This document shows, piece after piece, positions 31,582 to 40,704 of a DNA stretch of 64,000 nucleotides. The position numbers and the translations under genes are program-made. Below the pieces are notes generated by a model. That model was not told the DNA's origin and did not search any database. It saw only the letters and a program-made list of their open reading frames with translations. Source of the stretch: a bacterium. GTDB taxonomy: Bacteria; Patescibacteriota; Patescibacteriia; UBA9934. The first letter of the stretch is position 1. Every line of letters begins with the position of its first letter. The DNA lies in NCBI GenBank assembly GCA_027592325.1, contig JAQCKO010000002.1, positions 18,392-82,391 on the forward strand, in the 5' to 3' direction.

Positions 31582-31690
31582 AGCTCACCGCATCTACAGG
31601 CTTGCAGCTACGCGCCTCATTCACCGTACGCTTATGTGCGGCTCATTACGTTGCTCGCGGGCGCACCTGCAACTACGGCAATCTGAGGCA
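31582..31690. repeat. About 110-bp dispersed repeat, module C (second copy at 44899-45010, same orientation, about 80% identity)
   Basis: caccgcatctacaggcttgcag...cctcattcaccgtacgctta...gctcgcgggcgca shared with 44904-45000. Confidence 0.7.
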
Positions 31691-31757
31691 TTTTTGGTGC
31701 AAGTAATGCATCATTTCACCAAACCGGTGAAATGTCAACCAAAACGGTATCGAAACC

Positions 31758-32960
31758 TTGACAAAAAACATAAAAAATGGTAAAAAATACCGTCATTCTA
31801 TGCGAATTGCCATGATTGGACAAAAGGGGATGCCGGCGCATTTTGGCGGCATCGAAACGCATGTAAGCGAGCTCGCAACTCGCTTGGTTCAGTCTGGGCA
31901 TCATGTGACCGTTTATGCGCGTCCTTGGTATCAAAAAGATTCGATGCGTGTCTACAATGGTGTTCGCATTGTTACGCTTCCTTCTATTCGAACAAAACGC
32001 CTCGATACCATTTCACATACGCTTTTATCAATTTTGCACGCGACATTTGTGCTCCGTGCCGATATCATTCACATACATGGAGTTGGTCCGGCCATTTTAG
32101 CTTGGCTCCCAAAGCTTCTACGTCCGGTTTCATCTGTTGTAACAACTTTTCATTGTATTGATGCAGATCAGAAAAAGTGGGGGCGATTTGCAAGATTTAT
32201 GCTTCGCATTGGAGAACGATTTGCTGTTACCGCGCCCGACAAAACCATTACGGTCAGTAAATCGCTTCAGACCTATATTCGTGCTCGTCATGAAGGTTCG
32301 GCTGAATATATTCCAAATGGGATTACCCCTGCGCGTGCTTCGACCAATGATGCGGCGCTTCGGCCGTATCGGCTATCAAGCGGCCAATTTGTAGCGACTA
32401 TTGCGCGTCTCATTCCTGACAAAAATATTCATGTGCTCATTGAGGCATGGAGAATGGCAAAAGAAACATCACCAAAACTGATGAGCGGGATGAAGCTTGC
32501 GATTGTTGGTGACTCTGCATTCACTTCGGAATATGTTGCGAAATTGCATGCGATGGCGGCAGGCGATACATCGATTGTATTTACAGGATTTCAGACCGGG
32601 GCAACCCTGAAGGCTCTATTTGCCGGTAGTCGTGTGATTATTCATCCTTCTCAAGCAGAAGGTCTTCCGATTGCGGTTTTAGAGGCGATGAGTTACGGAA
32701 AAGCCGTTATTGCATCTGATATTCCGGCGAACAAAGAAGTTGTCGATGAATATGGGGTGATTGTGCCAGTAAATGATCCCGACGCTCTAGCGCATGCTCT
32801 CATTGGAATCCTTGAAGATCCAATGTATGCAGCATCACTTGGCCACAGCGCGCGCGAGCATGTTGAGATGAACTATCACTGGGATGATATTGCCCGGCGC
32901 ACTGAAGCTGTTTACGAAGAAGCGCTTCCACTCCGCGACGGAATTTTTGCGATTCGGTAA
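31758..32960 (+). CDS. Glycosyltransferase family 4 (GT-B)
   Basis: MRIAMIGQKGMPAHFGGIETHVSELATRL (probable start at 31800) and C-terminal GT4 catalytic region. Confidence 0.75.
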   Translation: MTKNIKNGKKYRHSMRIAMIGQKGMPAHFGGIETHVSELATRLVQSGHHVTVYARPWYQKDSMRVYNGVRIVTLPSIRTKRLDTISHTLLSILHATFVLRADIIHIHGVGPAILAWLPKLLRPVSSVVTTFHCIDADQKKWGRFARFMLRIGERFAVTAPDKTITVSKSLQTYIRARHEGSAEYIPNGITPARASTNDAALRPYRLSSGQFVATIARLIPDKNIHVLIEAWRMAKETSPKLMSGMKLAIVGDSAFTSEYVAKLHAMAAGDTSIVFTGFQTGATLKALFAGSRVIIHPSQAEGLPIAVLEAMSYGKAVIASDIPANKEVVDEYGVIVPVNDPDALAHALIGILEDPMYAASLGHSAREHVEMNYHWDDIARRTEAVYEEALPLRDGIFAIR

Positions 32961-33094
32961 GTTGAGATGAGATCAAGTCAACATGTAGAAAGGGTCGAGC
33001 CGATGCTCGGCTTTTTCGTTTTATTCGCGAGTAGCTTGTAGCCAGTAGGTAGTAGCGTGCAGCGGTTTATGAGGTGGTGTACGAATACGCTTTC

Positions 33095-33140
33095 CGTCAT
33101 TCCTGCCTTCGTAGGCATGTCGAAGGTGAGAAATAACTTT
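33095..33140. repeat. Partial copy of module B repeat (CGTCATTCCTGCcttcg...)
   Basis: cgtcattcctgccttcgtaggcatgtcgaagg, similar to 36010, 45018 and 45151 (inverted). Confidence 0.5.
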
Positions 33141-33244
33141 CGGCAATAGGTACTCATACCCTTCGGGCTGTCGGTACCTCAGGTGGATTCGGTACTCGTC
33201 CAAGATGAGCTGCCTGACGATCACCTCTCCTGTATAATGCCCCC

Positions 33245-34774
33245 ATGAGCAATTTTAGAGAGCTGTACCGAAAAAGCGATGAATATATGCGCGCATTTCA
33301 AATTGCGCTTATTATTGCGTTTCTTGGATCGGTTGTGCTTTCTGTATTTCTTTCGACGGCTCTGGCTATAGGGCTTGTGCTCGCAGCTATTGCCGTGTTT
33401 TTCGCGCTTTATCAACCAGTCTGGACGCTCGCAGCTCTGCTCATGTATCTGCCATTTGAGCCGTTTCTTCTCAAATGGATACCCGATGATGTTTACATTT
33501 ATGCCCGTTTTTTCTCTGAAGCAATAATTTATTTACTCGTTGCTTCAACGCTTGTGCGCGTGTTTCTTCGCTCAAAAACGCTGCTTTCAACCAAGGTTGA
33601 TTTGCCGCTCGTCTTATTTGTCCTCACAATCATTGCATCAATTGTCATTAATACCATTGCACCATTTGACGCCGCACTCGGTGCCCGTCAACTTTTGCGC
33701 TTTGTTTTGCTTTTCTTCATTGTCACTACATTACGTCCCGACATTTTTTGGCTGAAGCGACTGATAACGGGTCTTGTTCTTGTGGTCGTGATTCAAGCAG
33801 TGCTTGGGTACGGCCAGTTTTTGGTTGGCGCACCTCTCGATAATCTTCTTCTCCCGTCAGAATCGCGGACATTTGGCGAGATTCAAATCACAGAAGGAAC
33901 GGTTCAATTTTGGGACCCTGGTCAACGTGTCTTTGGAACGCTTGGGCGGTACGATAGGCTTGGGACATTCTTGGCGATCATTCTGCTCATTGCGGCATCA
34001 GTTTTATACGAAAAAAACCTGAACAATTATCATCGGGGAGCATCGCTACTTCTTTTGAGTGCACTCCCAATTCTTGCACTCACCTATTCGCGCTCGGCGT
34101 GGTTTGGATTTCTTCTTGGTTTTTTCTTCATTGCTCTTTTCATAAAAAAAGATCGTAGAATACTTACCGCTACGGTTGTTGTTGCTATTCTTCTTGCGAT
34201 CTATCTTTCTGTTTCAGGACTTGTTGTGAATCGCCTGATTGACACTTCAAGCCAAACGATTTCAGAACGTTTTTTTGAAGCATTCTCATTTGAGCGCTGG
34301 CGCGGGGAGTATGTTGATCTTGGACGCTTATTCTGGATTGTGCAAACCCCCGCTGTTATTGTTCCAGCTTCACCAATATTCGGACATGGGCCGGCACAAT
34401 TCGGTGGCGGTGCGGCAGCTGCGCTCGGGAATAGCGACGTGTATGAATCGCTTGGTTTACCATTTGGCGTGTATGGAACCGAAGGGTATATCGATAATAA
34501 TTGGCTATCAATTTGGGGAGAATATGGAACGGTAGGAATTTTCTTGTTTCTTTGGGCGTATATTGCGCTTTTTCGCGCCGCGATGAAGCTGTACAGGGAA
34601 TCAGATGATCCTTATACGCGCGCTTTTGCGCTTAGCTATGCAGCAATGACCATTGCGATTGCGCTTAATGCCTTTTTGGCCACCTTCCTTGAAGTCCGTA
34701 CACTCGCGCCGTATTTGTGGGCGTTTGGTGGGATGATTTTTGTTCTTGCAGAGCGTGAAAAAATAGAGCTATGA
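33245..34774 (+). CDS. O-antigen ligase/polymerase-like polytopic membrane protein (Wzy_C-like)
   Basis: 509 aa, 10 or more TM segments, central large loop with SRSAWFGFLLGF; embedded in a glycosyltransferase neighbourhood. Confidence 0.6.
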   Translation: MSNFRELYRKSDEYMRAFQIALIIAFLGSVVLSVFLSTALAIGLVLAAIAVFFALYQPVWTLAALLMYLPFEPFLLKWIPDDVYIYARFFSEAIIYLLVASTLVRVFLRSKTLLSTKVDLPLVLFVLTIIASIVINTIAPFDAALGARQLLRFVLLFFIVTTLRPDIFWLKRLITGLVLVVVIQAVLGYGQFLVGAPLDNLLLPSESRTFGEIQITEGTVQFWDPGQRVFGTLGRYDRLGTFLAIILLIAASVLYEKNLNNYHRGASLLLLSALPILALTYSRSAWFGFLLGFFFIALFIKKDRRILTATVVVAILLAIYLSVSGLVVNRLIDTSSQTISERFFEAFSFERWRGEYVDLGRLFWIVQTPAVIVPASPIFGHGPAQFGGGAAAALGNSDVYESLGLPFGVYGTEGYIDNNWLSIWGEYGTVGIFLFLWAYIALFRAAMKLYRESDDPYTRAFALSYAAMTIAIALNAFLATFLEVRTLAPYLWAFGGMIFVLAEREKIEL

Positions 34775-35958
34775 AGATTGTTCACGCGCATAAGTATTAT
34801 TACGCGCGGCGAGGGGCGGAGCGCTATATGCTCGCGCTCATGAAGGCGCAATTTGCAGCTGGTCACGAGGTGATTCCATTTGCGATGGATCACCCTGAGA
34901 ACATTGACAGTTTTTGGTCGGATTATTTTCCGCCTGAAGTGAAATCGATTGGTGCAGGAGCGATTGCGCAAACACGGCGCGCGTACCGATCAAAAGAGGT
35001 ATATCAGTATGTTGCAAGGCTTTTCGATGAAATACGTCCTGATGTGCTCCATGTCCATAATTTGTATACGCATCTTTCAACCAGCGTGCTGAAAGCGGCT
35101 CATGAACGGGGGATTCGCATTGTTATGACCGTACACGACTATCATTTGGTGAGCGCGAACTATGCCTTATGGAATCCAAGCACTCAGTTACCAATTGGGA
35201 CCAAGCCAAGTTTTATTGAAACGATGTCATCTCGTTTTATAAAGGGGTCTATGCTCAAAACAGCCATGCTTGAGCTTATTCGGCGGCGAACACAGCAGGA
35301 TTATTTGCATTACGTAGATACATTTATTGTGGGTTCACGGTTCATGGAAGAGGTGCTGGTAAAAAATGGGTTTCCTCAATCGAGCATTGAGCATATCCCA
35401 TTATTTGCCGATAGCTCGATTCCGGTGCGTGCGCGTAAAGTAAAACGAGAAGTGTTGTACATAGGTGCGCTTGAGCGAAATAAAGGCATTGAAACGTTAC
35501 TTGCGGCGATGCGTGAAATCCCGCAACTGACGCTGCGTATTGCAGGGTCTGGCCAACTTGAGGCTGAGTTCAAAAGCCGTTATACAAAATCGAAGCGAGT
35601 TATATTCGAAGGGCAGGTACAGTCAAAACGACTCGCAGAGTTGTATTCTCAGGCCATGATGTTAGTGGTGCCATCAGAATGGCATGAACCATTTGGCCTT
35701 GTTGCAGTTGAAGCTATGCGCGCAGGCGTACCGCTTGTGGTGTCTGATATGGGAGCACTTCCCGAAATTGTTCAGGAAGGGAAGGTGGGTTCGATATTTG
35801 AAGCAGGTGAGGTAGATGATCTTCGAGAGCATATAAAGCGGTTGGCTGCGAACAGCAAACAACGGGAGGAGTTTTCAAAACGAGGAAAACAGAGAGCTAA
35901 AGAAGTGTTTTCGCTCGAAAAGCATGCAAAGCGTGTGCAACAATTATATAGAGGTTAG
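34771..35958 (+). CDS. Glycosyltransferase family 4
   Basis: EWHEPFGLVAVEAMRAGVPLVVSDMGALPEIV is the GT4 E-x7-E region; 4-bp overlap with the upstream gene. Confidence 0.8.
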   Translation: MKIVHAHKYYYARRGAERYMLALMKAQFAAGHEVIPFAMDHPENIDSFWSDYFPPEVKSIGAGAIAQTRRAYRSKEVYQYVARLFDEIRPDVLHVHNLYTHLSTSVLKAAHERGIRIVMTVHDYHLVSANYALWNPSTQLPIGTKPSFIETMSSRFIKGSMLKTAMLELIRRRTQQDYLHYVDTFIVGSRFMEEVLVKNGFPQSSIEHIPLFADSSIPVRARKVKREVLYIGALERNKGIETLLAAMREIPQLTLRIAGSGQLEAEFKSRYTKSKRVIFEGQVQSKRLAELYSQAMMLVVPSEWHEPFGLVAVEAMRAGVPLVVSDMGALPEIVQEGKVGSIFEAGEVDDLREHIKRLAANSKQREEFSKRGKQRAKEVFSLEKHAKRVQQLYRG

Positions 35959-35979
35959 AGGTTAGAGGTTAGAGGTTTA
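35951..35979. repeat. Short tandem repeat (7 bp x 4: gaggtta)
   Basis: gaggttagaggttagaggttagaggttt, overlapping the GT4 stop codon. Confidence 0.6.
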
Positions 35980-36006
35980 AGCGTGAGGCAATAATTTTTG
36001 CACAAA

Positions 36007-36116
36007 TCGTCATTCCTGCGAAGCCTGTCCCTGCGCAGGCAGGGAGCAGGAATCCATCGAATCGCATTCGGTATACGTTGGACCCCTGATCAGAGCCAGG
36101 GGTGACGAATAGATTC
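36007..36116. repeat. Composite dispersed repeat (module B palindrome plus an inverted module-A flank)
   Basis: tcgtcattcctgcgaagcctgtccctgcgcaggcagggagcaggaatcc, and ggtatacgttggacccctgatc which is the inverse of 1494-1515. Confidence 0.7.
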
Positions 36117-36315
36117 TTCACTTTGATCAGGAGGAGAATCGTCTTACCTACCTGAGCGTAGGCCTTTGGCTGAAGTTAAAGGATCAATGCATATTCGTCA
36201 TTCGTGCACCCTCATGTGGATAGAAGGCTGAAAAAATCAAAAATTCCTGATACAACAAATGTAGATAAGGGTGCAATTGCGCTCTTTGACTGTACCTTTT
36301 TCAGGGGGTTTCGAG

Positions 36316-37221
36316 ATGGCTGAGCAGTCATTCGTTAGCGTTGACACTGCCTTGATGGGCGATGATTTCGATGGTCTCGTCGAGCGTCTGAAGGACATTG
36401 GTGTAGCTCGAATGGAGTCGCCGATTAGCCCAGGGCTCCAGACGCGCATCTTCGGTGGCATGCAGAAGCTGACGCGCTTGCCCGAAGACGAACAGCGTCC
36501 GTGGCGTCTCGAACACCTGACGATCCCCGATCCCGCGCGCGATGGCGTGATGGAGCCGGACTTTGGGCTTCGTCCGCCGAAGCAAGAGGGGCCGAGGGAC
36601 GACAACAAGTACTCGTTGATGATTTGCCGACGGGCGCTTAGTCATCTGTTCCGTCCGGAATTCATTGGAGCACTTCGCCATGAGTGGCAGCGGCAGTTAC
36701 TGTATGACGTTCAGCTTGCGCATGGGGCCATGGAATTATGGTTTAATGCACTTGCAAGGGCCGTTGCGTGTTGCGAAGAAGATCCCGATGTAGCTGCAAG
36801 GCTCTTCGAAGGTCGTACCGTTTTGCGAGTGCTCGAATATACGGATGACAGTGGTTGGGGCGGCGGACAGGTCGGCGAGCCGCACTTCGACAAGAGTGTC
36901 TTTACTGCGGCTATTGGTGCAGATAAGCCAGGGCTTCAGATTCGTGGAAATTCTGTTCCGCCTGACGAAAGTCGGGTGTTCATCGGTGGGCGGGCACCGC
37001 ATGGCCTTCTCGGTCTCGATCCGCCGCGCTTCGCTGGGAGGGGTCATTACCCGCCTGCGCATCATAGCGTCGTGGTGCCGGAGGGTACTGATCCAGGACG
37101 GTTCGCCCTCGTCGCATTCCAATGGATGGCGGACAAGAACGGCAATCCGTGCCAGTTCCTCGCGACCAAGGTGGACGCGTACGACGGTGCATTTCCGGAT
37201 GCCAATCTGCCCTCGATCTAG
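36316..37221 (+). CDS. Putative 2-oxoglutarate/Fe(II)-dependent dioxygenase (IPNS-like), on a GC-rich island
   Basis: HxD (EPHFDKS), distal His (PPAHHSVVVPE) and RFALVAFQ (RxS-type) motifs. Local GC is about 60% against about 47% in the flanks. Start chosen at MAEQSF with a GGGGG SD; the track ORF begins at 36271. Confidence 0.45.
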   Translation: MAEQSFVSVDTALMGDDFDGLVERLKDIGVARMESPISPGLQTRIFGGMQKLTRLPEDEQRPWRLEHLTIPDPARDGVMEPDFGLRPPKQEGPRDDNKYSLMICRRALSHLFRPEFIGALRHEWQRQLLYDVQLAHGAMELWFNALARAVACCEEDPDVAARLFEGRTVLRVLEYTDDSGWGGGQVGEPHFDKSVFTAAIGADKPGLQIRGNSVPPDESRVFIGGRAPHGLLGLDPPRFAGRGHYPPAHHSVVVPEGTDPGRFALVAFQWMADKNGNPCQFLATKVDAYDGAFPDANLPSI

Positions 37222-37234
37222 CACTAGATCGACA

Positions 37235-37275
37235 GGGCGCAACGCCGGTCTCACATGAGGTCGGCGTCTTCTTTT
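37235..37275. terminator. Bidirectional terminator between convergent genes
   Basis: acgccg-gtctcacatgaggt-cggcgt followed by cttctttt. Confidence 0.4.
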
Positions 37276-37287
37276 AAGAAAAATCTT

Positions 37288-38499
37288 TTAGCTATGCATT
37301 TCCATAACCTCTCTGACAATTCTTTTGCTCACCAGCTCTGGTATTCTTCCTGTCTGTTGCAAACTCTCAATCGTTTCTATGTCTTCTATGGCAACATTCC
37401 CTGCAAACAAAAATGGGAGTAGTTCCTGCCCGTGCGTTTCAATCGCCCGCTCAACATCCATCATTCCAGTACGATAAATATGTTCCTTATAAAATCCGTT
37501 TCCACCATTCCCTGGATGTGTTATTCCGCGGTAAATACGCAGGCAGAGCTGCCAAACTTCGTCTTTTATCTGGCTGTCGGTGACATCTTTTTGCATACGT
37601 CTAGCAAGGGATTTTTTTGCTTCAAAAAGTGTCTGGAATACATCGGTGAATCCATACTCGCTCGTAAGGGTCAAGGCCCAGGTATTCCAAAAGCCTGGCG
37701 CGAATATACGGGGTGCGGAAAGTTGCTGCTGAAAGTAGAGGGCCAATCCTTCATCTGTTTTTAAATAATTTGCACCCCCAACCCCAAGAATCCCGAGTTC
37801 ATTCATGCGTCCATTATGGGTACGAAGGGCATGTACCTCAATTTCATGCGTGAGGAGTCTTGCCGCTCGGGCTTTTGAAATGGCGAGTGAGGCTGGGATG
37901 ACGATATTGCCCCTTTGCATCAATTTTCCATGTCGTAGGGAAAAGCGGTTTGATTCATGGCTGACTTTGATTCGCCACGAGTTTTGCATGTCGTAATGCG
38001 CAAGTACACGATCAATCATTTGTTGCATCAGAGCGCTGTTCACAGGCCTTGTGTGGACATGAAATGTTTCTGCCGCGCTTAGCATGCGGTCGAACTCTGC
38101 GCGTAGATCTGCTTCAGATTGCGAAGGGTTCCCAAATAATTCACGCGAATAATGGCTCGTACGTTTGTCATCGCCGCGCTGAACAGCAATCAGTAATTTT
38201 GTACGCATCATGGCAGAATGAATTTTTTTTGCGTAGAGAAGCTGTACGCGAGGATCATTCGTAAAGTCAGAAAGTACGGACTCAAATGTCTCTAGCTGCT
38301 GCAAATAATGATCTGCTTGAAACGTTTCTACAGCTGTATACGAAAAAACAGGTTCCTCACCAAAAAACATGAATGCACGCTTCAGGCCTTCAAGCGGTTT
38401 TAGGTCTTGTTTGACATACCGCGAGAATCGCAACTTTGGGAGCTCGCAATAGCGTTCAAAAGGTGCGGTGTCGATCAGTGGTTTATTCATGGGATTCAT
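37288..38499 (-). CDS. DUF1704-family protein (QEGLA-motif; putative HExxxH metallopeptidase-like)
   Basis: TDEGLALYFQQ (QEGLA-like) and HEIEVHALRTHNG motifs; 403 aa. Confidence 0.4.
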   Translation of the reverse strand: MNPMNKPLIDTAPFERYCELPKLRFSRYVKQDLKPLEGLKRAFMFFGEEPVFSYTAVETFQADHYLQQLETFESVLSDFTNDPRVQLLYAKKIHSAMMRTKLLIAVQRGDDKRTSHYSRELFGNPSQSEADLRAEFDRMLSAAETFHVHTRPVNSALMQQMIDRVLAHYDMQNSWRIKVSHESNRFSLRHGKLMQRGNIVIPASLAISKARAARLLTHEIEVHALRTHNGRMNELGILGVGGANYLKTDEGLALYFQQQLSAPRIFAPGFWNTWALTLTSEYGFTDVFQTLFEAKKSLARRMQKDVTDSQIKDEVWQLCLRIYRGITHPGNGGNGFYKEHIYRTGMMDVERAIETHGQELLPFLFAGNVAIEDIETIESLQQTGRIPELVSKRIVREVMEMHS

Positions 38500-38782
38500 C
38501 TTGCGTTGTGTCGAGTTGTGTTGGATCAGGGGAATACAGCGTATTCTTGATTCGCCATTTATCGACGAATTGTCCTATGCCGGCCTTATCGCGTTTGTTT
38601 CGGACTGTGGTACTCGACTGTGACCATTTGAGTAGAGATTCAAAGTTAATCTTGTATCGGCCGTGTACAACAATATAGGTGAGCTCTTCTTTTTGAATCG
38701 CTCTTCGTATGGTGCGAGTACTCACACCGAATAATTTGGCGGCTTCTGATACAGAAAGTCGGATGAGATGTTCCATGCTCAT
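38483..38782 (-). CDS. Helix-turn-helix DNA-binding protein (excisionase/MerR-type HTH_17)
   Basis: LSVSEAAKLFGVSTRTIRRAIQKEEL; its 3' end overlaps the start of the DUF1704 gene by 17 nt. Confidence 0.55.
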   Translation of the reverse strand: MSMEHLIRLSVSEAAKLFGVSTRTIRRAIQKEELTYIVVHGRYKINFESLLKWSQSSTTVRNKRDKAGIGQFVDKWRIKNTLYSPDPTQLDTTQDESHE

Positions 38783-38907
38783 ATGTGTTTGTCGACTCTA
38801 GCGTAGACAAAAAAAGGTTACATGTCAATGGAGCCCTTGAAAAAAAACCAAATTTTTGGCATAGTACTCCTCTGTGTAACCTTTTTCACAGAATAACGAC
38901 TATATAA

Positions 38908-39456
38908 ATGTCCATGCGACGCGAGCAATTTCTTCTTTTCCGCATTCGGGAGCATAGCGACCAAGCGGCATACGAAGAGCTTTACAATGCGTACTTGGAG
39001 CGTATTCGGCGCTATATCTTCTTCCGCGTTCCGAAGGCAGAAGACGCCGATGAGCTCACAGCCGAAGTTTTTCTCCGGGCTCTTGAATATGTATCAAGCA
39101 CCCGCGTTGAACATGCGTCTGCACTTTTCTATCGTATTGCACGCACGCTTGTCGCGGACTTTTACCGAAAACGAAAATTAACGGAACCTCTGAATACAGC
39201 ACTTCACGTTGAAGTGAGTGGCCGACAAATTGAAGAGGACATCGATCTTTCAGAAGAAAAGCAACAGCTCATAAAAACGATTACTTCACTCCGCGATGTC
39301 TACCGAGACGTGCTCACGATGTTCTATCTTGATCAAATGAGCATTAAAGAAATCGCGCTGTCAATAGAAAAATCGTCTGGAGCTGTGCGTGTGCTCCTTC
39401 ATCGCGCAAGAAAAGCGCTCAAACAATCATATGAACGACCTTCTAAAACAACTTAA
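38908..39456 (+). CDS. ECF-subfamily RNA polymerase sigma factor
   Basis: Region 2 (ELTAEVFLRALEY) and region 4 HTH (MSIKEIALSIEKSSGAVRVLLHRARKAL). Confidence 0.8.
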   Translation: MSMRREQFLLFRIREHSDQAAYEELYNAYLERIRRYIFFRVPKAEDADELTAEVFLRALEYVSSTRVEHASALFYRIARTLVADFYRKRKLTEPLNTALHVEVSGRQIEEDIDLSEEKQQLIKTITSLRDVYRDVLTMFYLDQMSIKEIALSIEKSSGAVRVLLHRARKALKQSYERPSKTT

Positions 39457-40504
39457 AGATTTACGTACCGAGGAAAAGCTTGGAGGCCTTTCCGGCGCAC
39501 GTCGTTCTTCTATTTCTGAAACGATTCAAAAAGCGGTTACGTTGCCAGAAGAAGAGGTGAAGCAAACACCATCGTTTCTTTCTTATTACAAATTTATTTC
39601 TGTTCAATTTATTTCAAAGCCGATTGTTGCAGGTGCAGCAGCATTTGTGATTTTGGGAGGCGGATGGCTTTCATCTGTAAATGCCGCTTCGCAAAGTCTT
39701 CCTGGCGATCACTTGTATGGCTTGAAGATCGCTTCGGAACAATTGCAACTAAAACTATCGTCAAAAGAGCATAAAGCGGTGCTTCATACCGAATTTGCTT
39801 CAAAACGATATGATGAAGTGTCAAAGCTACGAGCAAACCCAGAGCGCGAAGTACATGCACAGAATGCGCTCAGTGCGATGAAGCGTGAACTTGAACTTGC
39901 TGCTGCGGAATTAGAAGCGCTTTCTGAAAGCGGGAATGTAGAAGCGGTGAAGGTTGCGCTTGAAACGCATCAAAATCTCGAAAATTTGAACCGTGCAGCA
40001 GGGGATTCAGCAAAGCCGCAGATTTCAGAAGAAGATGTTGCAGCGATTCGCGAAGTGCAAGAATCCACAAATGAAGTTGAGGAAACCGTGTATAATGCGC
40101 TCACTAAAGATGAAGGTGAAGGGAAGCCGGAAGCAGAACGTATTGATATTGAAAAGCTTTTCAAGCGTGAAATGCAAGCAATGCGAGCACGTATCGCATC
40201 AAACATCGGTCGTATTATTGTTCTTCGGGGCGTTTCAGAAAGCGGCGTTTATGCACAAGAGACAACTCTCGCTGAGGAAGAATTTGCGATGACGAAAATG
40301 GAAGATCGTTTGATTGAGGCGCAAAATTTCATGGGCATAGGCGGAACAAAGCGCGCCTTTCAACTGCTTGGAGAAATAGAGGACGATCTTGCAGCAATTG
40401 AATCACAACTTGCCGGAATTGAAATCGCTATTGTGCAGGCATCTGTCAGCGCTGCGGAGGAAGTAGAAGATAGCCTAATCCTTGATGTGCAAGAAGCAGA
40501 ATAA
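39431..40504 (+). CDS. Putative membrane-anchored anti-sigma factor (DUF5667-like coiled-coil ectodomain)
   Basis: Overlaps the sigma gene 3' end; single TM (IVAGAAAFVILGGGWL) then a long Ala/Glu-rich helical region. Start MNDLLKQ at 39431; the track ORF begins at 39389. Confidence 0.45.
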   Translation: MNDLLKQLKDLRTEEKLGGLSGARRSSISETIQKAVTLPEEEVKQTPSFLSYYKFISVQFISKPIVAGAAAFVILGGGWLSSVNAASQSLPGDHLYGLKIASEQLQLKLSSKEHKAVLHTEFASKRYDEVSKLRANPEREVHAQNALSAMKRELELAAAELEALSESGNVEAVKVALETHQNLENLNRAAGDSAKPQISEEDVAAIREVQESTNEVEETVYNALTKDEGEGKPEAERIDIEKLFKREMQAMRARIASNIGRIIVLRGVSESGVYAQETTLAEEEFAMTKMEDRLIEAQNFMGIGGTKRAFQLLGEIEDDLAAIESQLAGIEIAIVQASVSAAEEVEDSLILDVQEAE

Positions 40505-40704
40505 GATTGACATGATGCATGTCGATCAGGATCGATGCCGTCGATCTTGATCGGAATGTATCCCATTCCGTTGGAGCAACCTGGAGCGAATCAGGCTTCT
40601 GGCTAGTTACGTACAGAAGTTTGGAGCGGTCCGCAAAGGTCGGGGCCCTCTGTGGTCGGCTTGTTCCATCTAACTCAGAACCTATTAACGACACGATTCT
40701 ATTT

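Noticed and set aside
33021-33415. Two small basic ORFs (33021..33224-, 33221..33415-)
   Set aside because: They overlap the repeat and the start of the O-antigen-ligase-like gene on the other strand; the Lys/Arg-rich translation is typical of antisense AT-rich coding
35951-35979. Possible CRISPR array
   Set aside because: Only a 7-bp x 4 tandem repeat with no spacers; no cas genes; no other repeat-spacer structure in the window
36328-37258. Several 100-170-aa ORFs on both strands overlapping the oxygenase-like gene (36328..36681-, 36736..37254-, 36845..37258+, 36980..37192-)
   Set aside because: This is a typical open-frame artefact of a local 60% GC region; only the + frame with HxD...H...RxS motifs is coherent
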